46,790 bases of DNA from the NCBI GenBank assembly GCA_902505605.1, contig CABWKN010000035.1:1-46790 (forward strand), in the 5' to 3' direction. This document shows positions 19,867-29,239 of this stretch, piece after piece. A program made the position numbers and the translations under genes. Under the pieces are notes generated by a model that saw nothing but the letters and a program-made list of their open reading frames with translations, did not search any database and was not told the DNA's origin. This DNA comes from Candidatus Guanabacterium sedimentis. Its GTDB lineage: Bacteria; Acidobacteriota; B3-B38; Guanabaribacteriales; B3-B38. Numbering within the stretch: position 1 is the first letter of the stretch; every line of letters starts with the position of its first letter.

Positions 19867-19907
19867 GAAAAAAATATTGGGCACCTCAGAAAAGGAGGTG
19901 GGTAACA

Positions 19908-20195
19908 TTGGAAATCAGCCGACGAAGATTTCTCCAGGTAGGCGGGCTCTCAGCTTTAGCTATGGGGATGGCTTCATACCTCACAGAGACAAGACCTTCC
20001 ACTAACCGCGTAGCCTCAGAGGAAAAGGGAGAGGATAGCTCTAATCAGCTCCTGTGGAACCATGGAAGCCCTTATATCGGCTGTTCAACCACTTATTTCA
20101 ACAAACTGAATCCGACTGCTGAAGAGCAGTGGCTGGAGCTGGTTCACTTCCATATGTACCCCAAATGCAGGGATAGGTTTTTATTCCATCTATGA
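19908..20195 (+). CDS. 95-aa protein with twin-arginine (Tat) signal, function unknown
   Basis: SRRRFLQ followed by a Gly/Ala h-region; strong SD AAAGGAGGTG 7 nt before TTG; promoter upstream; fills the gap before tldD. Confidence 0.8.
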   Translation: MEISRRRFLQVGGLSALAMGMASYLTETRPSTNRVASEEKGEDSSNQLLWNHGSPYIGCSTTYFNKLNPTAEEQWLELVHFHMYPKCRDRFLFHL

Positions 20196-20244
20196 TAAAA
20201 GACTCATTTAATTAAAAGGACTAATACCGCCAAGGAGGAGGATA

Positions 20245-21690
20245 TTGAAGGAATTTACCGATTTAGCACTGGACACTGCCAGCCGTAAAGGGGCCTCCTA
20301 TGCTGATATTCGCATCTGCTTTTACAAGGATCAGTATATCAGCACCAGGGACCAGATTGTTACCGGAGTAAGGGATTATGAAAATTCCGGGTTCGGTGTG
20401 CGTGCCTTTTACAATGGTGCCTGGGGTTTTGCCAGCAGCTCTGTTATCTCCAGGGAAGAGGTTCAGGCAGTAGCCGCCCTGGCAGTGGACATCGCCCGAG
20501 CCAGCGCCATGACCATTAAGGTTCCTTTAGAGCTTGCTCCAGAGCCAAAATATGTAGACCACTGGCAAACCCCCTTCATCAAAGACCCCTTCAAGATACC
20601 CAACGAGAAGAAGATAAATCTGCTGCTGAATATTAACAAAATAATGAGTAATGTAAAAGGAATCAAGAGGACCACCTCCTATACATCCTTCACCAGCGAA
20701 CAAAAATACTTCGCCAGCACCATAGGCTCCTTTATCGAGCAGCTCATAATGAGGTCTTCGGCTGGTTACACCGCCGTAGCGGTGGGCAAGGAGGGATTTG
20801 AAAGCCGCAGCTTCCAGGATTTCCCGCTCAATAAGGGCTACGAGCACATTGAAGAACTCCCCTTAATAGAAAATGCCCAGCAGGTGGCGGAAGAGGCAGT
20901 GCAGCACCTCACCGCCAAGGAGTGCCTGGAAGGGGTAAAAGACCTTATCCTATCCCCTTCCCACATCTGCCTGACCATCCACGAGTCGGTGGGGCATGCC
21001 ACCGAGCTCGACCGGGTGCTGGGGTGGGAAGCCGATTATGCCGGCACCAGCTTTGCCACTACCGATAAACTGGGAAAACTGAAATATGGCTCCCCGTTGG
21101 TCAATTTCACCGGCGACCGAACCCTTCCTCACGGTCGCTCCACCTGCGGTTACGATGATGATGGGGTCAAGACCAAAAAATGGGACCTTATCAAGGAGGG
21201 GATTTTAGTCGGCTACTCCACCACCCGTGATACCGCTCCTTATATTGGAGCCAAAGAGAGCAACGGCTGTAGCTATGCCGACAACTGGGGTAGCATTCCC
21301 ATCTTGAGAATGCCCAATGTCTGCCTTGCGCCTGGTGGACAGGGAGCTCCCACTCCCGAAGAGCTCATTGCCGATACCAAAGACGGAATTTACATTGACG
21401 GGATGGGGAGTTTCAGCATCGACCACCAGCGCCGCAACTTCCAGTTCGGTGGGGACGCCTTCTGGGAGATTAAAGACGGAAAGAAGACTCAGATGCTCAA
21501 AAATGTTACCTATCAATCGACCACTCCCGAGTTCTGGGGCTCGGTGGATGCTGTCTGCAGTGAGGAAGATTGGAAACCATGGAGTATTGCCGACTGCGGA
21601 AAAGGTCAGCCCGGTCAGCGGGCACAGATGACCCACGGAAGCGCCACCATTCGAGCAAGAAGAATAAAAGTAGGAGGGGCGAGATTATGA
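20245..21690 (+). CDS. tldD: TldD metalloprotease (catalytic subunit)
   Basis: GASYADIR, NGAWGFAS, HESVGH (HExxxH), YDDDG, RMPN, CGKGQP; AAGGAGGAGG SD. Confidence 0.92.
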   Translation: MKEFTDLALDTASRKGASYADIRICFYKDQYISTRDQIVTGVRDYENSGFGVRAFYNGAWGFASSSVISREEVQAVAALAVDIARASAMTIKVPLELAPEPKYVDHWQTPFIKDPFKIPNEKKINLLLNINKIMSNVKGIKRTTSYTSFTSEQKYFASTIGSFIEQLIMRSSAGYTAVAVGKEGFESRSFQDFPLNKGYEHIEELPLIENAQQVAEEAVQHLTAKECLEGVKDLILSPSHICLTIHESVGHATELDRVLGWEADYAGTSFATTDKLGKLKYGSPLVNFTGDRTLPHGRSTCGYDDDGVKTKKWDLIKEGILVGYSTTRDTAPYIGAKESNGCSYADNWGSIPILRMPNVCLAPGGQGAPTPEELIADTKDGIYIDGMGSFSIDHQRRNFQFGGDAFWEIKDGKKTQMLKNVTYQSTTPEFWGSVDAVCSEEDWKPWSIADCGKGQPGQRAQMTHGSATIRARRIKVGGARL

Positions 21691-23003
21691 TTCTTACAGA
21701 AACCGAAGCGAAGGCAATTCTGGAGAAGGTTATCAGCTATTCCACCGCCGACGAGACGGTAGCTTATCTCACCGGGGGAAGCGGAGCCTTATCTCGCTTT
21801 GCCAATAATGCCATGACCCATAATATAGACAAGCGAGGCTTCTCGTTAAGTGTGACTGTGGCCTTCGGACAGAAGGAGGGTTCCTCAACAATTAATAAGT
21901 TTGATGATGAGTCCCTCAAACAGGTAGTCAAAAGGGCGGAGTCCATAGCCAGGCTCCTTCCAGATAATCCCGAACATATGCCCCCCCTACCCCCTCAGAA
22001 GTACCGAAAAATAGAATCCTACTTCCCGGAGACAGCGGAGTTTGGTCCTATGGACCGGGCAAAGGAGATTCTTAAAGTCATCCAGACCTGCGACCAAAAA
22101 GAGCTCATAACCGCCGGAACCTTCTCCAATGGTGATGGATTTAATAGTATCGCTAACTCCGAAGGATTGTTTGGCTATCATAAATCTACCAACTGTGGCT
22201 TCAGCGTCAGCGTGAGAACCCAGGACCGCACCGGTTCGGGCAGAGCGGAGCAGTCAAATGAAAGGAGAATAGGGGAGCTAAACCCCTCCCAATTAGCCGC
22301 CGAGGCGATAAGAACAGCCGAGATGTCCCGCAACCCCCACCCGCAGGAACCGGGGGATTATACGGTAATCCTAAAACCTACAGCTATGATGGAGTTCTTT
22401 ATTTATCTCCTTTTCGGACTCAGTGCCCGTGAAGCAGACGAGGGGAGGAGCTTCCTGTCCGACCGCAAAACCGGCGGCAATAAGCTGGGGCAAAAGGTGT
22501 TCGGGGAAAACATCACCATCCGCAGCGCAGCTGCTCACCCAAAGCTCTTGGGTACCCCTTTTGGAGGGGATGGGCTTCCCGCCAAAGATATCACCTGGGT
22601 AGAGAAAGGGGTGGTTAAAAATCTCATCTACAGCAGGTATTGGGCAGCCCAGAAAGGGAAAGAGCCTACCTTTGCCATGAATTTTCTGATAGAAGGTGGT
22701 GACCATATCATAGACGAGCTGATAAAGGATACCGAAAAAGGGATATTGGTAAGCAGCTTCTGGTATATCCGCATGGTGGACCCCAACAACCTGTTGTGCA
22801 CCGGGCTTACCAGGGATGGGACCTTCTGGGTAGAAAACGGTAAGATTCAATACCCTATTAACAACTTCCGATTCAACGAATCACCGGTGGTGCTCCTCAA
22901 CAACATAGAGAAGATGACCAAACCTCAGAAGGTTGGCTTCGGCATCATGCCAGGGGTAAAAGCCCACAACTTTACTTTCTCCAGCGTATCGGAGGCAGTA
23001 TAA
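21687..23003 (+). CDS. tldE: TldE/PmbA family protein (non-catalytic partner)
   Basis: RFANN, GLTRDGTFWVENGKI, NFRFNESP; no HExxxH; ATGA overlap with the tldD stop and AGGAGG SD. Confidence 0.88.
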   Translation: MILTETEAKAILEKVISYSTADETVAYLTGGSGALSRFANNAMTHNIDKRGFSLSVTVAFGQKEGSSTINKFDDESLKQVVKRAESIARLLPDNPEHMPPLPPQKYRKIESYFPETAEFGPMDRAKEILKVIQTCDQKELITAGTFSNGDGFNSIANSEGLFGYHKSTNCGFSVSVRTQDRTGSGRAEQSNERRIGELNPSQLAAEAIRTAEMSRNPHPQEPGDYTVILKPTAMMEFFIYLLFGLSAREADEGRSFLSDRKTGGNKLGQKVFGENITIRSAAAHPKLLGTPFGGDGLPAKDITWVEKGVVKNLIYSRYWAAQKGKEPTFAMNFLIEGGDHIIDELIKDTEKGILVSSFWYIRMVDPNNLLCTGLTRDGTFWVENGKIQYPINNFRFNESPVVLLNNIEKMTKPQKVGFGIMPGVKAHNFTFSSVSEAV

Positions 23004-23069
23004 TACAGAAAGGGGAGGATTAATTCTGCAACAAACTTTTCTGAAACCAGATAATTATAATATTAAGGA

Positions 23070-23450
23070 GTGAGGGATATGCTACAGAAAAGGATAATTT
23101 TAATGGGGGTGCTGGCGATATTTATAGCCGGTACTCTGTCTCTGCTATTCGGTCAGGGGGTTAAGGTCGGGAGTTTCACTCTTCCCAGAGATGTGGAATA
23201 CAGCGGAAAGACAATACCCCAAGGGGTATACCAGCTTTCTTTAGAGACCAAGGGTGAGGATACTTACATCTGCATCTGGAAAGATGAAGAGCAAATTTCC
23301 AAAGAGATGGCCATCATCCAGGAGGCTAAGAAGAACTATCCTGAACCTGTTATCACTGTTGATGTGATAACTCAGGATAAGGACCAGTTTGTCAGAATCA
23401 GCGTATTTATGGAACGGAAAGTATACAAAGCGTTCTATAAGTGCGTATAA
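23070..23450 (+). CDS. Hypothetical exported beta-rich protein
   Basis: Signal peptide; FTLPRDVEYSGKTIPQGVYQLSL; the start may be ATG 23079. Confidence 0.7.
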   Translation: MRDMLQKRIILMGVLAIFIAGTLSLLFGQGVKVGSFTLPRDVEYSGKTIPQGVYQLSLETKGEDTYICIWKDEEQISKEMAIIQEAKKNYPEPVITVDVITQDKDQFVRISVFMERKVYKAFYKCV

Positions 23451-23561
23451 GTCTGGAGAGGCTGTCCGCCATATCTTGCCCGCTAAAAAGAGGGTAAATT
23501 GGGGTGAGGTGAGTTTCTGCCGACAGAGGGATGTCCTTCCCTGTCATCATAATATAAGCAG

Positions 23562-23909
23562 ATGGAAGCCAATATAAGATACCAGGAAAATGTGGTCATT
23601 GTGGATCTGAAAGGAAAGCTGGTCTGGGGGAGGGAAAGATTGGTTTTAAAGGAGACTATCACCCAGTTGCTGGAAGCGGATAAAAAAAATATTCTGCTCA
23701 ACCTCTCCGAAGTAAAATATATGGACAGCAGTGGTATCGGGGAGCTGGTATCAAGCTATCGAGCGGTGAAACAGGCTGGTGGGCGGCTAAAAATTGTTCA
23801 TTTGAGCAACAGAATCTATACCACACTGACAATTATGAGGTTATTGCCGATTTTTGAGGTCTTCTCGGATGAGAAAGAAGCGGTAATGAGCTTCGCCACT
23901 GAAGCGTAA
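23562..23909 (+). CDS. STAS-domain anti-sigma-factor antagonist
   Basis: LLNLSEVKYMDSSGIGELV with the phospho-acceptor Ser. Confidence 0.92.
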   Translation: MEANIRYQENVVIVDLKGKLVWGRERLVLKETITQLLEADKKNILLNLSEVKYMDSSGIGELVSSYRAVKQAGGRLKIVHLSNRIYTTLTIMRLLPIFEVFSDEKEAVMSFATEA

Positions 23910-23935
23910 AAAGCAAACTCCCCTTTGACCCGCGG

Positions 23936-25498
23936 CTACATAGCCTCCAGAACCCTCTTGAACCCGCAGCGCTGACATACACCCTCCTCCCAGGTGCACC
24001 AATCTTGATATATCTGAAGAAGCCCCTGCTGTCTCTGGGCGCTGTTAACAACCCTTTTTAGTCGATTCTCATAAGCAAAAAGCCTGTGTTCCATAAACTT
24101 CAGCAGGCTGTTCGAAGGCAACTTAGGATACCAATGGTAGAAGCGAGCCAGGAGGTTTTCCAGCTGTTTATGCTCTTTTTTTCGCGCATATAAAATCAGG
24201 GCTGGAATGATAACATTCACTATAATGGTAGCTGCTCTCCCAGGACCGATTAACCGGATGCTCTTTTTCAACGTTTTCCCTGCAAAAGTGTAGTGCCAGC
24301 TCCAGTAATTCTCTTCCTCTACCGAGCTAAAAAGCTCTTTCAACTCTTTGTTTATCTTTTTAAAGTGGGATTCTTGTGCGGAAATCCCCGGGGTGCAACA
24401 TATCATCAGTAGCTTGTGAAGGGGGGTCAGGGGGAAGATTCGAATGAGGAAGTTACACATGCCAGCTAGCCGTCGAGCAGGGAAGTTAGCTGGTCGCATC
24501 CCTTTTTTCCATATATCCTGTGGTAGCACTTTATCCTGATATCGCCCTTTCAATCTCTCCCAGCTCTGCTCCAGCTCTCGTATATACTTGTCTTGGAAAA
24601 CCGCCTGCTTGAACGGAAGCTCCTGCTGGCTGGGTAATATGCCAGCCTTCCCGAAGAGGAGCGCTTGCAGAGTTATTCCCCAAATGGATGGTTTGGTTGA
24701 AGACAACACCTCCCTTATCTCTTTCAAGCGAAGCTGACGGGCAAGCAGCAAAAACTGCTCCTTGTTCCGCTTATAGCCCAGCGCCTCCATTATCCTTTCG
24801 TATATAACCTGATTGTAATCCTCCTGGGAGAGCTCTTTGGCGAAGCGGTTGGCTTTGCTGACTATCCGAGCATCCCCGGCTAAGTCTAAAAGCGCACCTA
24901 TTTTGCTTAATTCCTTGGCTTTAATGACCGAATAGCAGGGACCCTGGCTTGAAGGAGAAGCAAAGGGGTAAGCGGACGGGTTTATAGTATTAGACAGGGT
25001 TGTGAGTTTAGTATCTAAGGCATGATAAAGGGGAAGCTGGGGTATCTCCCTCCCCGCGGAATTGACTAGCTTCTTGTTTAACCCCAGATCGTCCCACATT
25101 ATTACATGAAGGATAACATTATCATAATTTTTATCCTGATGATGATTGTGGGCAAACCAGTCGGAGGCTAACACATGGATTTCAATATCTCCTCTCAATA
25201 CCTCTGCCGATGATATTTTTATCGCAGCCTGGATAAAATCAGGACCGGACTCCGAATTCCACTTCCCCGGAGAGAGAACCTCCACCTTTTCACCTGAGAT
25301 TGTTCTAAGCTTATCTATGCGGAGACGCTGGTCGAACCATATACTCTGCACCAACCTCTCTGCAATCCGCTTTTCCAGCCCATATTCAGAAAAAGCAACC
25401 CGCCCTTCTCTTGTTATCCAATAGGGGGAGAGCTTTCTGAGGTAATCTATAAGGAAGCCTTCGCTATCTTCCCATTTTTTTTCTTGCCCATTCATCAT
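23936..25498 (-). CDS. DUF2851 family protein
   Basis: PGKWNSESGPDF, GDIEIH, SDWFAHNHHQDKNYDNVILHV, LGYKRN, RPANFPARRLA, QQGLLQ, C-terminal Cys cluster; start uncertain. Confidence 0.85.
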   Translation of the reverse strand: MMNGQEKKWEDSEGFLIDYLRKLSPYWITREGRVAFSEYGLEKRIAERLVQSIWFDQRLRIDKLRTISGEKVEVLSPGKWNSESGPDFIQAAIKISSAEVLRGDIEIHVLASDWFAHNHHQDKNYDNVILHVIMWDDLGLNKKLVNSAGREIPQLPLYHALDTKLTTLSNTINPSAYPFASPSSQGPCYSVIKAKELSKIGALLDLAGDARIVSKANRFAKELSQEDYNQVIYERIMEALGYKRNKEQFLLLARQLRLKEIREVLSSTKPSIWGITLQALLFGKAGILPSQQELPFKQAVFQDKYIRELEQSWERLKGRYQDKVLPQDIWKKGMRPANFPARRLAGMCNFLIRIFPLTPLHKLLMICCTPGISAQESHFKKINKELKELFSSVEEENYWSWHYTFAGKTLKKSIRLIGPGRAATIIVNVIIPALILYARKKEHKQLENLLARFYHWYPKLPSNSLLKFMEHRLFAYENRLKRVVNSAQRQQGLLQIYQDWCTWEEGVCQRCGFKRVLEAM

Positions 25499-26138
25499 AA
25501 TGCTTCAAGTAGGCTTTTGCTACCTCCACGGGATTAAGTTGGAGGCATCTGGCATATTCTATGAGAAAACTCCTCAGATATGTCCGATATGGGAGAGCTT
25601 GGTAATTGTCTTTTTCTATGTTATTTAAAGTTTCCACGCTAATTTTGGTAACCCTGGAAATATCATTCAATTCTAACTGCTTGAATATTCTCATCCGCCT
25701 GAGAAAATCCCCTTTGTATATTTGCTCCTCCTGAGGAAAATACCTTCCGTCCTCGGTGACCTCCTCTTCTTGAAAAGCGACTTTCTGATCCCGTTCAGGA
25801 GCTGCCGTTGGTTTTTTCTGCAAGAGCTCCTCCGGCTTTAAGCGTCCCTGTTGGATCAATTCCTCATTGTATGCCTTCCTGCTCCTCTTATCCACCAAGA
25901 TCTTGTACGCTTCATCCAATGCGCGGGAGGTTTTTTTCAGCTCCCCCTCGGAAAAGAGTGAGTAAATTGCCAGAGAGCCTGGCTGGTAGATGCTCTTCAG
26001 TCGCTTATAGGCCTCCTTTATCTCCTTTTCGGTAGCGGAAGGGGAAACTCCCAAGAGCTCATAATGGCTGAGTCTGGGTAGGTCTTCAGGGAAAAGCATG
26101 TATTGCCGCATCTTATCCTCTGATTCGTCGGTAATCAC
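25464..26138 (-). CDS. J-domain-like (no HPD) plus RodZ-type HTH_25 protein
   Basis: HYELLGVSPSATEKEIKEAY...EAYKILVDKRSRKAYN; C-terminal GDFLRRMR...LPYRTYLRSFLIEYARCLQL. Confidence 0.82.
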   Translation of the reverse strand: MITDESEDKMRQYMLFPEDLPRLSHYELLGVSPSATEKEIKEAYKRLKSIYQPGSLAIYSLFSEGELKKTSRALDEAYKILVDKRSRKAYNEELIQQGRLKPEELLQKKPTAAPERDQKVAFQEEEVTEDGRYFPQEEQIYKGDFLRRMRIFKQLELNDISRVTKISVETLNNIEKDNYQALPYRTYLRSFLIEYARCLQLNPVEVAKAYLKHYDEWARKKMGR

Positions 26139-27070
26139 CTTTCATAACCGATAAGCAACCGATTGGTGATATTCCTGATAGCCCTAGTGACACTGGAATC
26201 GGGGTAATTGAGAAGGAGGGGCTTCCTTAACCTAGTCGATTCCTCCACTTGCAAGTCATTATCAATATAGCCCAGGTACCGGAGAGTAATGCCAATGGCA
26301 TTCTCGCAGACCTTCTCTATGAAATATCCAAGTCTTCGGTGGTCAGCAGTGGTGGTCCAGTTCAATATTAACTTAACTGCAAAGCGGGGGAATTCCTCTT
26401 CAATTTTCTTTTTAACTTCTCCATCCAACATACCTTCCGCTTCACTGATTATTTCAGCCACCCTTTTTGCCCCCCATTCCCCTTCCTGGTCAAAGGATAC
26501 CTCCCATCTCTTTCTTGTCATGAGGTCAGGGATAAGAGAGCTCAATCGCCGCCAAAGGGCGGTTTTGATGAATTGATAGAAATTCTCAATGGAAGCTGGC
26601 TCTGGTCGGGCAATCACTACTTTATGATGGGCTATGAGAAAAAAATCGAGGACATTAAAGGAGACTCCAGTCCCCAGGTCCAGGATGATAAAGTCTGCTG
26701 AAAGCCTCTTGATGGCCTTGAGGAACATTATCTTCTTCTTATAAACTATATTGGCTACCCCCAGAGGGGCTTTACCTCCGGGGATAAGCGAGAGATAGGG
26801 TACGTCTGTCTGAATGGTAACCGGGGCCAAATTGGACACCTTGCCCGAGATGAAATCGGAGAGAGTGAGCCCTTTGAGTGGGAGGTTTAGATAGGTATGA
26901 AGATTAGCGTTACCGAGGTCTGCGTCGACTAATATTACTTTCTTGGAAAGCCCGGCAATGTGGATTCCCATATTTGCAGCCAGAAAGCTCTTCCCCACCC
27001 CGCCCTTGCCGCTGCCAAAAGCTATAATTCTTCCTCCAGCCTGACTGCTGTCTAATATATCCCGGAGCAT
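26135..27070 (-). CDS. MinD/FlhG(ParA)-family P-loop ATPase
   Basis: Deviant Walker A GKGGVGKS; DADLGNANL; ILDLGTG; PEPASIEN. Confidence 0.9.
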   Translation of the reverse strand: MLRDILDSSQAGGRIIAFGSGKGGVGKSFLAANMGIHIAGLSKKVILVDADLGNANLHTYLNLPLKGLTLSDFISGKVSNLAPVTIQTDVPYLSLIPGGKAPLGVANIVYKKKIMFLKAIKRLSADFIILDLGTGVSFNVLDFFLIAHHKVVIARPEPASIENFYQFIKTALWRRLSSLIPDLMTRKRWEVSFDQEGEWGAKRVAEIISEAEGMLDGEVKKKIEEEFPRFAVKLILNWTTTADHRRLGYFIEKVCENAIGITLRYLGYIDNDLQVEESTRLRKPLLLNYPDSSVTRAIRNITNRLLIGYER

Positions 27071-27104
27071 ATCTCTCCACTCCTCATCCAGGGTAACTTA
27101 TTAG

Positions 27105-27959
27105 CTAAGGAATCTCTTTGGCAGAGGTGTTGAGCACCTCGTTCAAGCTCCCTGTGCGGTATCCTTGCAAGTCTAAGGTTATATATTTGTATCCCAGACT
27201 TTTAATCTTTTTGATAGCTTTCTCGAGCACATGAGAATCAAGGAAGAGAGAAATTTCGGAAGAGAGCACCTCAATGCGTGCCAAATCCCCATGGTGACGC
27301 ATACGAACCTGCTGGAAGCCAAGCTCCCTTAAAAAATCCTCTCCTTGTTCTACAGTTTTCAACTTCTCTTTGGTGAGGGTAGTGTGATAGGGGAATCGGC
27401 TCGCCAAGCAGGCTGACGAAGGGAGATCCCATGTCGACAGACCGACCTTTCGGGAGAGATAACGGACATCGTTCTTGGTAATTCCGACATCTATCAACGG
27501 GCTTAACACCTTAAGCTCCCGCAAAGCCTTCAATCCAGGACGGAAATCCGAAGTATCATCCAAATTGCTCCCCTCAATCACCACATTATAACCCTTCTCA
27601 GCTGCAATTTCTTTCAATCGGGTAAAAAGCCCAACCTTGCAATAATAGCAGCGGGAGGGGGAATTGGAGCGGAATCGGGGAGATGCCAGCTCATTAGTAG
27701 CGATAACTATATGAGCAATCCCGTAGCGGTGGGCGAAATCTTTCGCCCTGCTCAAATGGTGCTGAGGATAAAGGGGGCTCTGGGCGGTCACTGCCAGAAC
27801 TTTATCCTTCAGGACTGACTGAGCTACATAGAGAAGATAGCTGCTATCCGCTCCCCCGCTGAAAGCCGCTACCACAGAACCGTAATCCCGCAACAGCCTC
27901 TTGAGCTGCTGCTCTTTTTCTTCGGGGGAAAGCCTTTCTTCTCTATATTTATTATTCAT
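27105..27959 (-). CDS. larE: ATP-dependent sulfur transferase LarE
   Basis: PP-loop FSGGADS; RCYYCK; DFRPG; ACLASRFPY; VRMRHHG; GYRTGSLN. Confidence 0.9.
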   Translation of the reverse strand: MNNKYREERLSPEEKEQQLKRLLRDYGSVVAAFSGGADSSYLLYVAQSVLKDKVLAVTAQSPLYPQHHLSRAKDFAHRYGIAHIVIATNELASPRFRSNSPSRCYYCKVGLFTRLKEIAAEKGYNVVIEGSNLDDTSDFRPGLKALRELKVLSPLIDVGITKNDVRYLSRKVGLSTWDLPSSACLASRFPYHTTLTKEKLKTVEQGEDFLRELGFQQVRMRHHGDLARIEVLSSEISLFLDSHVLEKAIKKIKSLGYKYITLDLQGYRTGSLNEVLNTSAKEIP

Positions 27960-27991
27960 ATTCTAAGAGTGATAATTATGGCTTTTTAACT

Positions 27992-28021
27992 ATGCTAACA
28001 AAGGCGTGAGGATTAAGTCAA
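27992..28021 (-). promoter_or_regulatory. Possible promoter of the larE operon
   Basis: Minus strand TTGACT-N18-TAGCAT with TG extension. Confidence 0.35.
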
Positions 28022-28093
28022 GCCATTTTCCACCAAGCTAAGAACAAAAAGTATTCCAGTTTAGCTCTTGATTAGTTTGACAAATCACCCTGT

Positions 28094-29239
28094 TTGAGCT
28101 ATCTTTTTAAAAAAGGCAGAAAAAAAAGAGATGAGGTGATTGACCTGAAAAATTGGCGAAGGGACTCCACAGTTTTCTTGTTTACCATCTTTTGCCTTTT
28201 TCTCTCAATCTTGATAAGAGAAGACTATGCCAGGCAGGAGGAGAGAGGCGTGACATTCAGCAGGCTCTGGGAATTCCAGGTTGAGGAAACCACCAATCTC
28301 ACAGCCTCCATAGCCATCCTCACTCAACCTATCTGTGATGCGGAGAGGGTTTATTTCGCCTCCGAAAACGGCACTTTTTATGCCCTGGATATTGCCAGTG
28401 GAGAAAAGGTATGGGAATTCACCGCCGGGAGCCCGGTTAGACAGAGTGGTACCCTGGGAGACGACAGCCTATTCGTGGCCACTTCGGGTATGGAAGCACT
28501 ATCTCTGGACCTCCTTACTGGAAATCTCCGCTGGAGAAGGAAACTGGACGGCGAAATCTTTACCCCTTTAATCTTCGATAGGGGAGCTCTATATCTCGGC
28601 TTTTCCCGATATATCGCTTGCCTGAGAGCCTCTGACGGTGAAGAGATATGGAGATTTGAGACTGGTGGGGAAGTCCATGTCCCTCCACTTATTGAAGGCG
28701 AATATCTTTATGGCGGTTCGGACGACGGCTTCCTCTACGCTCTCACCCCCCGAGTGGGTAGGCTTCGGTGGAAGTTCTTCACCTCCGGGAAGATCGGAGG
28801 GGCTCCCCTGCTGTTTGATGGAACTCTCTTTGTGGGAAGCTACGACAACTACATCTATGCCTTACACCCCGATTCAGGAAAGCTGAAATGGAAGAAAATC
28901 ACTGGAGGGGATGTGAATTGCCGCCCGATAGGATGGGAGAAGCGGGTGTTTGTTGCCTCGTTAGACAATTTTCTGTATTGCCTGCAGGTGAAAAATGGCT
29001 ATCTCTCTTACAGGTTTAGCCTCCCCTACCGCCTTTACCACTCGCCGATAATTTCCAAAGACCTCCTGTTTCTGGTTCCCCTCTCTGACACCCTGATGGT
29101 TATAGACCCCAGAAATGGGGAGCAGGTCAGGGGCTTTACTGCTTCTTCCCTAATAACTTCCCCTCCCGGCATGTCCCCGGATGAAGGTAAACTGTTCCTC
29201 GGCACCAACAAGGGACTCCTCATCGCACTCAAGAAATGA
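28094..29239 (+). CDS. PQQ-like repeat beta-propeller protein (BamB-like)
   Basis: Repeated YALD..G...W.F blades; N-terminal hydrophobic anchor; start uncertain. Confidence 0.85.
   Translation: MSYLFKKGRKKRDEVIDLKNWRRDSTVFLFTIFCLFLSILIREDYARQEERGVTFSRLWEFQVEETTNLTASIAILTQPICDAERVYFASENGTFYALDIASGEKVWEFTAGSPVRQSGTLGDDSLFVATSGMEALSLDLLTGNLRWRRKLDGEIFTPLIFDRGALYLGFSRYIACLRASDGEEIWRFETGGEVHVPPLIEGEYLYGGSDDGFLYALTPRVGRLRWKFFTSGKIGGAPLLFDGTLFVGSYDNYIYALHPDSGKLKWKKITGGDVNCRPIGWEKRVFVASLDNFLYCLQVKNGYLSYRFSLPYRLYHSPIISKDLLFLVPLSDTLMVIDPRNGEQVRGFTASSLITSPPGMSPDEGKLFLGTNKGLLIALKK

Noticed and set aside
20190-20245. Selenocysteine read-through or frameshift fusing the Tat ORF to tldD
   Set aside because: TGA is followed immediately by TAA, the frames differ, and tldD has its own strong SD
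21570-21686. N-terminal extension of TldE given in the ORF track
   Set aside because: It lies inside tldD; the SD and ATGA overlap support the start at 21687
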